Positions 17,912 through 25,783 of a stretch of 64,000 nucleotides of DNA are shown here, in pieces (the stretch's first letter is position 1; every line of letters starts with the position of its first letter). Made by a program: the position numbers and the translations under genes. The notes below the pieces were generated by a model that searched no databases, was not told the DNA's origin, and saw nothing but the letters and a program-made list of their open reading frames with translations. This DNA comes from a virus. Its lineage: Duplodnaviria; Caudoviricetes. The stretch spans positions 1-64,000 of IMG/VR virus record IMGVR_UViG_3300021431_000012; one strand, given 5' to 3'.

Positions 17912-17925
17912 GATGTTGTATTGCC

Positions 17926-18183
17926 TTAAATTGATAACCCTTTTGCTTTCATAAATTCCGATGCACTTTCAAACCTGCAAAGCGAAACAAGGTGCAACCT
18001 AAATCCGCCTTCGAATATTATAGTGTCTTCATCTTGATATATACGCCCGACGTTAAACGTGTCGGCATACTCTTTCATCGCTTCTACTGCGTCATCGTAA
18101 TGTGCAAATTCTGCAACATATTCAACAACGCTTTCGCAACCGCAAACCTTTTCGGTTGCTACAATAATATGAGCTAGTTCCAT
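17926..18183 (-). CDS. Hypothetical protein (85 aa)
   Basis: ORF track. Confidence 0.65.
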   Translation of the reverse strand: MELAHIIVATEKVCGCESVVEYVAEFAHYDDAVEAMKEYADTFNVGRIYQDEDTIIFEGGFRLHLVSLCRFESASEFMKAKGLSI

Positions 18184-18218
18184 GATGATAAATATTTATT
18201 TATTTTGGTTGTTTGTTG

Positions 18219-18494
18219 TTAGTCGCAAAAGTAACCATCTACAATGGCAAACGTGAGTGTAGATTTGCCTTCGCTGTATTCCTTTTCAAGCGTAGCTTCG
18301 TACTCGTAGAAGCCTTTTTCGACGTTCATTCTGTCGAGTTTCCTAACTAGAGTAAAACCTCTTTTATTTGTGTATTCCTGCACCTCTTCGTTCATGACTT
18401 TCTTCGCATTGTCCCACGAACGAAAATATCTGTCCCATGCATTTCTTCCATATTTGTCGGAATACGCAGCCCTCGTTAAAATACTAAATCCCAT
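18219..18494 (-). CDS. Hypothetical protein (91 aa)
   Basis: ORF track. Confidence 0.7.
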   Translation of the reverse strand: MGFSILTRAAYSDKYGRNAWDRYFRSWDNAKKVMNEEVQEYTNKRGFTLVRKLDRMNVEKGFYEYEATLEKEYSEGKSTLTFAIVDGYFCD

Positions 18495-18574
18495 ATTTGA
18501 CTCGTTTTTTATTCGTTGATATTACTAAAAATCTGTTCCCACTCTTCGGGAGAAAATCGCCTAAACGCCGTTGA

Positions 18575-18853
18575 TTATTCTTCGTAGTAATAGTTAATTT
18601 TTTGGATGTATTTTTTTGCATCCTCAAAAGGCCATACCATTTCGCCGAGTCTAAATTCCTTATATTTAAAGGACACTTTTACTTCTTTATGGTTGAATTC
18701 TTCTATCCATCCACGAATCACTACGGCGTCACCTTTATATGGGCAAAATTCAAAGTAAGCGGTTTCCCCAGATGTTAACCTTATAGTGCAATGCATTGGA
18801 AGTTCGAAGTATTCGAAAAATTCTTCAAATGTGGAAAAATTTCTGTGTGCCAT
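18575..18853 (-). CDS. Hypothetical protein (92 aa)
   Basis: ORF track. Confidence 0.65.
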   Translation of the reverse strand: MAHRNFSTFEEFFEYFELPMHCTIRLTSGETAYFEFCPYKGDAVVIRGWIEEFNHKEVKVSFKYKEFRLGEMVWPFEDAKKYIQKINYYYEE

Positions 18854-18868
18854 AATTTAAGCCCTTTC

Positions 18869-18967
18869 TTATTCTTTTACGTTGTTAAAAATGTTTCTCC
18901 ACTCTTCAGGCGTGTGGGCGGTGATGATTAACACCGCCACACTAATCACGATAAATGCTCCAAACAT
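18869..18967 (-). CDS. Putative 32-aa single-TM peptide
   Basis: MFGAFIVISVAVLIITAHTPEEWRNIFNNVKE; N-terminal TM plus amphipathic tail. Confidence 0.55.
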   Translation of the reverse strand: MFGAFIVISVAVLIITAHTPEEWRNIFNNVKE

Positions 18968-18994
18968 AATGTAATAAGTTTTAAGTGTCGTTTT

Positions 18995-19561
18995 TTAGCA
19001 GTCACTAAACACGCAGCCCGATTCTTCGTCAAAAGAATAATCAAACCGCATATCGCGCTCAAACGCTTCATAATCAAAATAGCGAGTAAAAAATTCTGGC
19101 ACGCCACTAGATAAGCATTCGATTTGCTCGTTAGCACATTCGTCCGTGAAGTCGCGAAAGCTGTCATACTTCCCCATGAATCTATCCCGCGCCTTTTCAA
19201 GAATATCTTCAAAATCTTTCAGCTCGCAGCCATGAATGCGAACGTACGCCTCAACCATCTCGCGCTCGTCTTCGTCTAGTTCCAGCCAGTCAATAATACG
19301 CTGCACGTCATCCGTACACATGGACTCGCTATAAAACTCTTCGGGAAATCCCTGAAAGTCCTGCATCATAAACTCTGGGTCTGCTTCGTCTTCGTGAAGA
19401 CGGCGACACACCTCAAAAAATTCTTCAGCATCATTGCAGCTTTCGAGGTCTATCCACGCGCCTTCAATGCTGCCCTCGGCATACTTTTTGTACGTCCCAA
19501 CATACAAACCGACGCCATCTGCATCTTGCATCAGGTAGTCGTTTACGTTTTCTTTTTTCAT
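18995..19561 (-). CDS. ardA: ArdA antirestriction protein (DNA mimic, type I R-M inhibitor)
   Basis: LYVGTYKKYAEGSIEGAWIDL, DPEFMMQDFQGFP and YFDYEAFERD motifs; very acidic; start moved to MKKENV (188 aa). Confidence 0.9.
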   Translation of the reverse strand: MKKENVNDYLMQDADGVGLYVGTYKKYAEGSIEGAWIDLESCNDAEEFFEVCRRLHEDEADPEFMMQDFQGFPEEFYSESMCTDDVQRIIDWLELDEDEREMVEAYVRIHGCELKDFEDILEKARDRFMGKYDSFRDFTDECANEQIECLSSGVPEFFTRYFDYEAFERDMRFDYSFDEESGCVFSDC

Positions 19562-19677
19562 AACATAAACCTGTTTAAATTGTTTCGCGGAAATATCTCC
19601 GTTTGTGGGCTGGGCGGCGTTCCTCAACGCCCTGGCTGGTTTTAACAGACGAGCCCTCCTTTGTGTCGCGGCGCGGC

Positions 19678-20160
19678 CTACTTTGCGCTGTTGGCTTCGT
19701 CGCTTTCGTTTGTGTCTTCTTTTGTGTTTTGTGTTAGCATTTCTAGCCACGTGTCACACTCGGCTAGCATGTCGGCCAGCTTTTGTTCGTCATCAATTTC
19801 GTAACGCCGTGCGATACGGGCGCGAATATATTCCGCCTCGTTTTCATAATAACGTACGGCGGACTCGCGTGCTATTTCTATTTCGTCCGCGTCGGTGCAT
19901 TGTGCAATGTCATCAGCCCAAATAATCTCCGAAGTCCACTCCGCACCGTTTGCGGCACAATGTACGAAGCCGACACGCAGACCGTCGATAAAAATGCTAT
20001 CAACCATGCCGAACACGGGCGAGCCCTTTTTGTCGGTGTACTTTGCAAACGTGCCGACGCACCCGCTAAAATACACGGGGGTTTTGTTTGCTTTGGCGTT
20101 GTTTATTGTGTTAATGTTTTCGGCGCAAATTGCGCTTTCATTGTTGCTGTTCGTTTTCAT
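19678..20160 (-). CDS. Hypothetical acidic protein (160 aa)
   Basis: ORF track. Confidence 0.65.
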   Translation of the reverse strand: MKTNSNNESAICAENINTINNAKANKTPVYFSGCVGTFAKYTDKKGSPVFGMVDSIFIDGLRVGFVHCAANGAEWTSEIIWADDIAQCTDADEIEIARESAVRYYENEAEYIRARIARRYEIDDEQKLADMLAECDTWLEMLTQNTKEDTNESDEANSAK

Positions 20161-20287
20161 ATATTAAAGCGTTTCGTTTTGTTCAAAAATAAGCGTGTTT
20201 ATTTGTCGCGTGTTGCGTTGTTTTGGCGAGCACGGGCAACAATGCACCTGCGCCCGTGTCCGCCCGTCTAAACCCAAATAATGCGGG

Positions 20288-21097
20288 TTATTTGCGCCCG
20301 CATTGGTTTAGAATATATTTGCACACCTCCTCGGGCGTGCGGCTTCCGACTCGGCTGATATTCATGATAACGTCGGGCTTCACCTGAAGCTCATTTAGAA
20401 GTTTTCTTTCGACGTCTTCGCTATGAATAGCGTAACCGTAACCGCAAGCAAACGAAACTGGAAGACCTTCGAAAACCTCCATATAACGGAATAGGTGTCT
20501 GCGAAGCATAGACGGGTGAGCCATAGTGTACGCGCATTTTAGAGTATCTAAATGCTGCCTGCTATCTTTAATTAGTACAGCGATTGCTTCTTCTTCGTCG
20601 TTGTGAGATTCGCTCATTTCGCACAACACCACGTTACACCGCACTCCACTAGCTTCTAGTATTAAAACTGCGCCCAAAAATGACGCAGAGGCGTTTACTA
20701 TTCTGTCTGTAGAAACATCTCCGTTTACAGAACAGTTCCAGGCTAGCGTCAAAACTTTAGCGGGCACGCGCTTTTTTCGCGCGTCTATCATGGCGCACGG
20801 AAGGCCAGCGATATAATTTGGCACATGTGCTGCCGCGCCAACGACGTTTGTAAAGATTTTTCTTTGTGGGGCAGTCTTTTTAATTTGCGCCCGCACGCGG
20901 CTCACGCCTGCGGCCTCTATTCGCTTTTGAATATCGGCTGCGCCGTACATTAAAAGCTGTTCGGCCTCCTCGTACGAGCGCGTCTTCGTAAAATCATATG
21001 AGCCAATTATGCTTTTTTCACGAAAACCTGGCTGCGTTGTGCCGTTGTTTAGAAATGCACTAAACTCCGTTATTGATTTAAAATATTTTCCGTACAT
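20288..21097 (-). CDS. vWA-like partner of the AAA ATPase (269 aa)
   Basis: Directly downstream of the MoxR-like ATPase; beta-strand ending in a degenerate MIDAS (NCSVN); AHPSMLRR and GYG motifs; start MYGKYF. Confidence 0.6.
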   Translation of the reverse strand: MYGKYFKSITEFSAFLNNGTTQPGFREKSIIGSYDFTKTRSYEEAEQLLMYGAADIQKRIEAAGVSRVRAQIKKTAPQRKIFTNVVGAAAHVPNYIAGLPCAMIDARKKRVPAKVLTLAWNCSVNGDVSTDRIVNASASFLGAVLILEASGVRCNVVLCEMSESHNDEEEAIAVLIKDSRQHLDTLKCAYTMAHPSMLRRHLFRYMEVFEGLPVSFACGYGYAIHSEDVERKLLNELQVKPDVIMNISRVGSRTPEEVCKYILNQCGRK

Positions 21098-21196
21098 AAT
21101 GCCGTTTATTTTGTTTGTGTTGCGTTGTTTTGTTGTGGTAAATACAACGGGCAAAGCATTATAACTTCGCCCGTTGTGCGTGTTGTGTTGCGTCGC

Positions 21197-22585
21197 TTAC
21201 TTTATCATGCTAGCAACGGCCTCTGCCCACTCATTCTCTTTGTGTTCGAGTGCGCCGTAAATCATGCGTACTTCGTCAGTGTCCAGACCCTTAAACAACC
21301 CGCGACGGAGGGCTGCCTGTTTGTTTTCTTTGCGGGCTTCAAGATAACGCGTGGTACGATAGCTTGCCAGCATTGATACCTTCGTTTTATCAATGGCGCG
21401 GCGGACGTCCTCCATGAAGTCCACGAGCTCGGCGTCGTTGTTTGCCATAACGGGTAACTCCACGCGCCTGTCGTATTGCATGCGATAGAACACGAATCTG
21501 TCGCGGCTTGATGCGTCCACGACGTTTGCTGCCGTGTACTCTAAATCTGCGCCAGTCATGGCCGTGTTGCCCGCTGCAATTACGCGGAAGTTAGGGTGAG
21601 CCTTTTTGTTGCCAACGACGGGAAAATCGAAGGAGCCAGTTGCCATGGCGGTATTTAAAACCGTCGTACATTGTACCTCCGTTCTGTCCCACTCGTCCAA
21701 AAATAGAATGCCGCCCTTCGTGAAGGCGTTGTAGAACGGAGTCGGGACAAAGTTACCTGCGGCGTCCCCGTACCCCTTTACCTCGTGCGCAAATTGCAAC
21801 TGCGAACACTCATAAAAGTCGAGCCCGAGGGCGTCGGCTACCTGTCGCGCTGTGTGCGATTTTCCGCAACCTGCCGCGCCGAACATGTAGGGCGCGAAGC
21901 CTTCGTTGACGTCCTGCACAATATCGGCGAAGTCTGAACACGTCACACCTTCGACGTTATGCTCCTGTCCGTCGGCCGTTGTTACAACAACACGCTGGGC
22001 ATGTGTTGCGGCCGTTGCTTTTAGCTCATCAATAACGGGCTGCAACTTTGCGAACACGGCAGCAACGACGTTCTTCTCCACACCTGCGAACAACGGCGTG
22101 AGTGCGCTGAACGCGTCCACAACGGCCGACTCTGTGGGCGTTGCGGCGGGCACGGGTGCAGCGTCGGCGGGTGTTGTGTCCGTCGTGGGCTGAACGTCTG
22201 CGGCTGGCTTCGTTGCACGCTTGCCACGACGCGGCTTCCGTGCTGGTTTCTCCTCCGTCGGTTTTTCGTCCGTCGGCACGGGCACAACATCGGGCTGTGC
22301 TGGCGTTGCTTCCGTCGGCGTTGCTTCGCTATCGGGCTCGGGCTTCGTTGCTGGCTTCGACGTGCGCGGCTTCCCTCCGCGGCGCGTCGTTAATTCGTAC
22401 CCGTCCATGATACGGAAGGCCTGACAGCCTTCTTCGTCCGTTGTTAACTCAAGAACGTGCGCCCAGTTTTTGATAAAGCGGGCAGTCATATCTTTGCCAG
22501 TGTTTGACTTCACCAGGCCGTTCTTCACTGTTACGTTTGACACATTGAAAACCTCACTCGTCTGAATGTTCTTTAAAGTAATCAT
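21197..22585 (-). CDS. MoxR/CbbQ-type AAA+ ATPase with N-terminal Pro/Ala/Thr-rich linker
   Basis: Walker A GAAGCGKS, Walker B LFLDEWD, FRVIAAGN and DASSRDRF motifs. Confidence 0.85.
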   Translation of the reverse strand: MITLKNIQTSEVFNVSNVTVKNGLVKSNTGKDMTARFIKNWAHVLELTTDEEGCQAFRIMDGYELTTRRGGKPRTSKPATKPEPDSEATPTEATPAQPDVVPVPTDEKPTEEKPARKPRRGKRATKPAADVQPTTDTTPADAAPVPAATPTESAVVDAFSALTPLFAGVEKNVVAAVFAKLQPVIDELKATAATHAQRVVVTTADGQEHNVEGVTCSDFADIVQDVNEGFAPYMFGAAGCGKSHTARQVADALGLDFYECSQLQFAHEVKGYGDAAGNFVPTPFYNAFTKGGILFLDEWDRTEVQCTTVLNTAMATGSFDFPVVGNKKAHPNFRVIAAGNTAMTGADLEYTAANVVDASSRDRFVFYRMQYDRRVELPVMANNDAELVDFMEDVRRAIDKTKVSMLASYRTTRYLEARKENKQAALRRGLFKGLDTDEVRMIYGALEHKENEWAEAVASMIK

Positions 22586-22646
22586 AATTTTTTATTGTTT
22601 TTAAAGTTAGAAAATGTTGTTATTTATTGATTGTTGTTTTGTTTGT

Positions 22647-22958
22647 TCACCATAGCTCGGAATTTATAACTTCTTCCTGAACTGCGATTGATTCCTGATT
22701 GAACAGCTTTTTAAGCGTGTCGCAAAGATTTTTAACTTGCATTTTTTCGGCAAATAACAACTCAATGCGCAGCGTTGTTTCGGTTACAATTTGCCCGTTT
22801 TCGTGCTTGTAAATACCTTTTGCCTCAAAAATTGTGCCTCCGTCAAAATCGGCAGAGATTAAGTTACTAACAATTTTGTAGGCTTCTACTGTCGCAATTT
22901 GTTGCGTTTTTGTATCTTTGTCGTTGAGACCGAGATACAAAGTAAATTTTTTAATCAT
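22647..22958 (-). CDS. DUF3574-like (PII-like fold) protein; first gene of the early operon
   Basis: TLYLG...GGTIFEAKGIYK...ETTLRIE...LKKLFNQESI pattern. Confidence 0.55.
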   Translation of the reverse strand: MIKKFTLYLGLNDKDTKTQQIATVEAYKIVSNLISADFDGGTIFEAKGIYKHENGQIVTETTLRIELLFAEKMQVKNLCDTLKKLFNQESIAVQEEVINSELW

Positions 22959-23075
22959 AATAAAATACGTTTTAAGTTAGAATAAGTTAGAATAAATTTG
23001 CACCATATTCGCGGACTCGCACCGCTTCTGCCCGTCTAAAAATTTACGGGAAAGGGTAGTAAAAACTCCTTCGTT

Positions 23076-23091
23076 TGTTTCACGTGAAACA
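23076..23091. promoter_or_regulatory. parS: parS site 1 (ParB/Spo0J consensus)
   Basis: Perfect palindrome TGTTTCACGTGAAACA. Confidence 0.85.
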
Positions 23092-23199
23092 TAAGAGTTT
23101 TAAATTATTTGGTACGTCTGCCCGCGGCCGTCGGCGTGTCGCGCTTTTCGGTTGACTATCGCCCGCCTGGTGAGTGTGCCATGTACGTGCTGAACTTCG

Positions 23200-23215
23200 T
23201 GTTTCACGTGAAACA
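23200..23215. promoter_or_regulatory. parS: parS site 2
   Basis: Perfect palindrome TGTTTCACGTGAAACA. Confidence 0.85.
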
Positions 23216-23299
23216 AACAAAGAAATTTTCATATAATAAAATAATATGTTTCTTTCGTCGTTTTCCTTTGTGCATTTTGCTACATTCAACACTCTCCAA

Positions 23300-23885
23300 A
23301 ATAACTTTTTTAATCGCTAGAAAATTAAAACGCTTTGTTTCGTTTTAGGTTTTTCGTCTTCGCGAAAAAGCTATTTTTCGCGGCTCTATTTTACTAGAGC
23401 CGAATTTTTCGCTCGCGGCATGCACTCGCCGCCGTTGTTTTTATTCGCGTCTATTAAGCACTCTCGCTGCCGTCTGGCTTCGTCCCGCCGTCGGGCTTCG
23501 GGTGATTTTACAACGAATTCCGCGCCATGTTCACCCCGTACTATCAAACGCCAAACCGTTCTCCCGTTTGGGATACCTCCGCCTGCTGCTATGCCTACTC
23601 TATTACGCTAGTGAGCCTGCTCGGGTCTGCGTCGCGTTGTCTGTGGTCGTTAAATTATCATGTTTTAACCGCCGCCCGTTGGGCGTGCGTTGCGCGTTGT
23701 GTCAATAGGTTACAAAAAGCGGTGAGCCCGTATCAACTCACAAAAACAAATCACTCGCGCCGTGTTCGTTGCCTGGTGTCCTCGTTGCGACGCGTTGCAC
23801 GTCGTTTTAGTCTAAACCCTCGAGGGTGCCTGTCTCGGCGATGCGTCGGGTGTCCCCGTTGCGCTTTGTTGTAACCACTATTTCA
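23300..23885 (-). ncRNA. Candidate long structured leader or ncRNA
   Basis: GC-rich, no credible ORF, directly downstream of a consensus promoter; several hairpins (GGCTCTA/TAGAGCC, GCGAAAAA/TTTTTCGC, GTGAG/CTCAC, CCAAAC/GTTTGG, GGGTGA/TCACCC). Confidence 0.35.
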
Positions 23886-23897
23886 AAGAACACGATG

Positions 23898-23929
23898 CAA
23901 AGGTACGCATTATTTTTTAATCCACCAAA
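23898..23929 (-). promoter_or_regulatory. Consensus Bacteroidota promoter for the early operon
   Basis: TTTG (23929-23926) - N20 - TACCTTTG (23905-23898). Confidence 0.85.
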
Positions 23930-23971
23930 TTTTTTTGCAATTATTTTTTAAATATTTAAAGTACTTTTTTA

Positions 23972-24532
23972 TAACTCGTTGTAAATCAATGAGTTACGAA
24001 TATTATTTATAATTAATCTAAATAAGCGTGTTTAGTGCGTAAAATACACGCTATTATTGCCCGTTGTTTGCATGTTCTTTTATATATACATTATTATATA
24101 TAATATATAGATATAATCTATCATGATATAATATTAATTAAATGTATCTTTTACACTATAAAACAAACGTATAACAAAGAAATATAAATAATAAATATTA
24201 TGATAAATAAAACACGTACATGGCAAACGTCCTATTTATCATAATACCTATTTAATCATGCAAAAAGCGGTTTTCACTGTGTGCGCACACAAAACGGCGA
24301 TTTTTTCGGGTGTAGATATGTTCCCCACAAAACACCCGAAAACGCAACACGGGCAAAACAACGCGTTTTTCGTTTTTCTTGACACTGATAGAATCAAAAC
24401 GCATAACTAATTGAAAATCAATGAGTTATAATGTGCAAAAATAAAAAGGTACGTTAACTCGTTGACTATCAAGTAGTTACAAAAAATCACGCTTTAATAG
24501 ATGTTTATAACTAATTGAAAATCAATAACTTA
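23972..24532. repeat. Four 25-bp imperfect palindromes TAACT..TTG...ATCAA..A(G/C)TTA
   Basis: Copies at 23972-23996, 24404-24428, 24455-24479 and 24508-24532. Confidence 0.8.
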
Positions 24533-24539
24533 AACCCAA

Positions 24540-24785
24540 ATTTATGAAATGTAAATGTTTTTCATATAGCATTATTTAGTGTATATATTACAATATATTA
24601 TAGTAATATTATAGTAATAATATAGAAATACTATTATAGTACTTTTATAGTATATCACAACATATTACTACAGTATATTATATAGTATTACGATAGTAAA
24701 TAACAATCAAATAATAATATTATAATATTATAATCATGATAAAATAATAATAATATAATAGTAATAATATTATATATAATATATA
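24540..24785. other. Very AT-rich low-complexity tract (candidate unwinding or origin element)
   Basis: Almost only A/T with TATTATAGTA-like reiterations; non-coding. Confidence 0.5.
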
Positions 24786-24822
24786 GTGCCTTTACTACTT
24801 TTTGCGAGTTTTGTGTTGTCAT

Positions 24823-24838
24823 TGTTTCACGTGAAACA
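24823..24838. promoter_or_regulatory. parS: parS site 3
   Basis: Perfect palindrome TGTTTCACGTGAAACA. Confidence 0.85.
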
Positions 24839-25213
24839 TTTGTCGATTTTTTGCCCGTCCGCTTTCGTGCGTTGTGTGTTTTCCCGTTGTTGTTTTTGTT
24901 ATATGTTCGTTTGTCAAAATCAAAACCGCGTATTTTGGCCGCGTGTCGGCGTTGTTGGCGGGCGTTGTGTGTGTGGACGCTCGCGACGTTTTAACGCAAC
25001 ACGCGCAAAGAAAACGCCCAAATTTGCGACGTTTTGCCGTGCGGCAGAATCGCGTGAGGAGGTGTCGCTTTTTCGTGCGCTTTATTCAAGAAGGGGGGGC
25101 GGGGGTACGCGCCGCCGCAATGATGTGGTGCAAATCGTCCAATTTTTTCTGAAAAAATTTTTTTGAAAAATTTACGAATTACAAAAATATATTAAATTTC
25201 TAGTAATAATATT

Positions 25214-25242
25214 GCAATTGCTTATTAAATTTATTATATTTG
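25214..25242 (+). promoter_or_regulatory. Rightward Bacteroidota promoter
   Basis: TATATTTG at 25235-25242, 55 nt before the ATG at 25297. Confidence 0.6.
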
Positions 25243-25296
25243 CAAGCTAGTATTTCTTTACTATGCTAGTATAGTGTTAATATATATAGATAATAG

Positions 25297-25752
25297 ATGG
25301 CTGATTTTCAAGTTACAGGTCATATAAGTCGCATTCGTAGGAAGAACGGTGTTATTTGTGTGTACGTTGATGAGTACATGCGTGGTTTTCGTCGTTCTGA
25401 TGGTGAGGTTGTTCAAGAGAAGCATTTGACGTGGTGTTGTGTGTTTAAGAATGCGTTTAGTAATTTTTTGGATAGGATTGGTATTGGTAGTTTAGTGACG
25501 ATAAAGGGCGAGATACTACCTTATGGTCGTAGTATAGATGAAAAGGTTGAAGGATATACGTTATTTGGTCAAGTGATAAATGTTGCTTCTTATCCGAAAT
25601 TTCTTCGTGTTGAGGAAAAGATGGTTCGTGATTCGTCAAAGGTTGTGGATGTGCAATCGTCTGATTCTGTTGTTAGTGATGAGGGTAGTGATAGTGTTAG
25701 TCGCAATATTGTTGTTCCTGACATATATGGGTTTAATGAGCCAGATTTTTAG
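25297..25752 (+). CDS. SSB-like OB-fold protein with acidic C-terminal tail
   Basis: FQVTGHI...TWCCVFK...GSLVTIKGEI pattern; ends GFNEPDF, like the SSB acidic/Phe tip. Confidence 0.55.
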   Translation: MADFQVTGHISRIRRKNGVICVYVDEYMRGFRRSDGEVVQEKHLTWCCVFKNAFSNFLDRIGIGSLVTIKGEILPYGRSIDEKVEGYTLFGQVINVASYPKFLRVEEKMVRDSSKVVDVQSSDSVVSDEGSDSVSRNIVVPDIYGFNEPDF

Positions 25753-25783
25753 TATTTAATTTAAATAGTGATTACTTTGTGTT

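Noticed and set aside
18890-18912. CTGAAGA...GAAAC resembling a hammerhead ribozyme core
   Set aside because: No stem II can form between the core strands; the sequence is better explained as the codons for PEEWRN.
19562-19750. Basic 63-aa N-terminal extension on ArdA given by the ORF track
   Set aside because: It overlaps the upstream gene; the ArdA motifs and an AT-rich start context begin at ATG 19561.
23080-23292. 70-aa ORF containing VSRET (and 24786-25166 containing LFHVKH)
   Set aside because: These peptides are simply translations of the parS palindrome; atypical composition; probably non-coding.
24540-24785. CRISPR-like or mini-array in the repetitive AT tract
   Set aside because: Low-complexity reiterations without a constant repeat and unique spacers.
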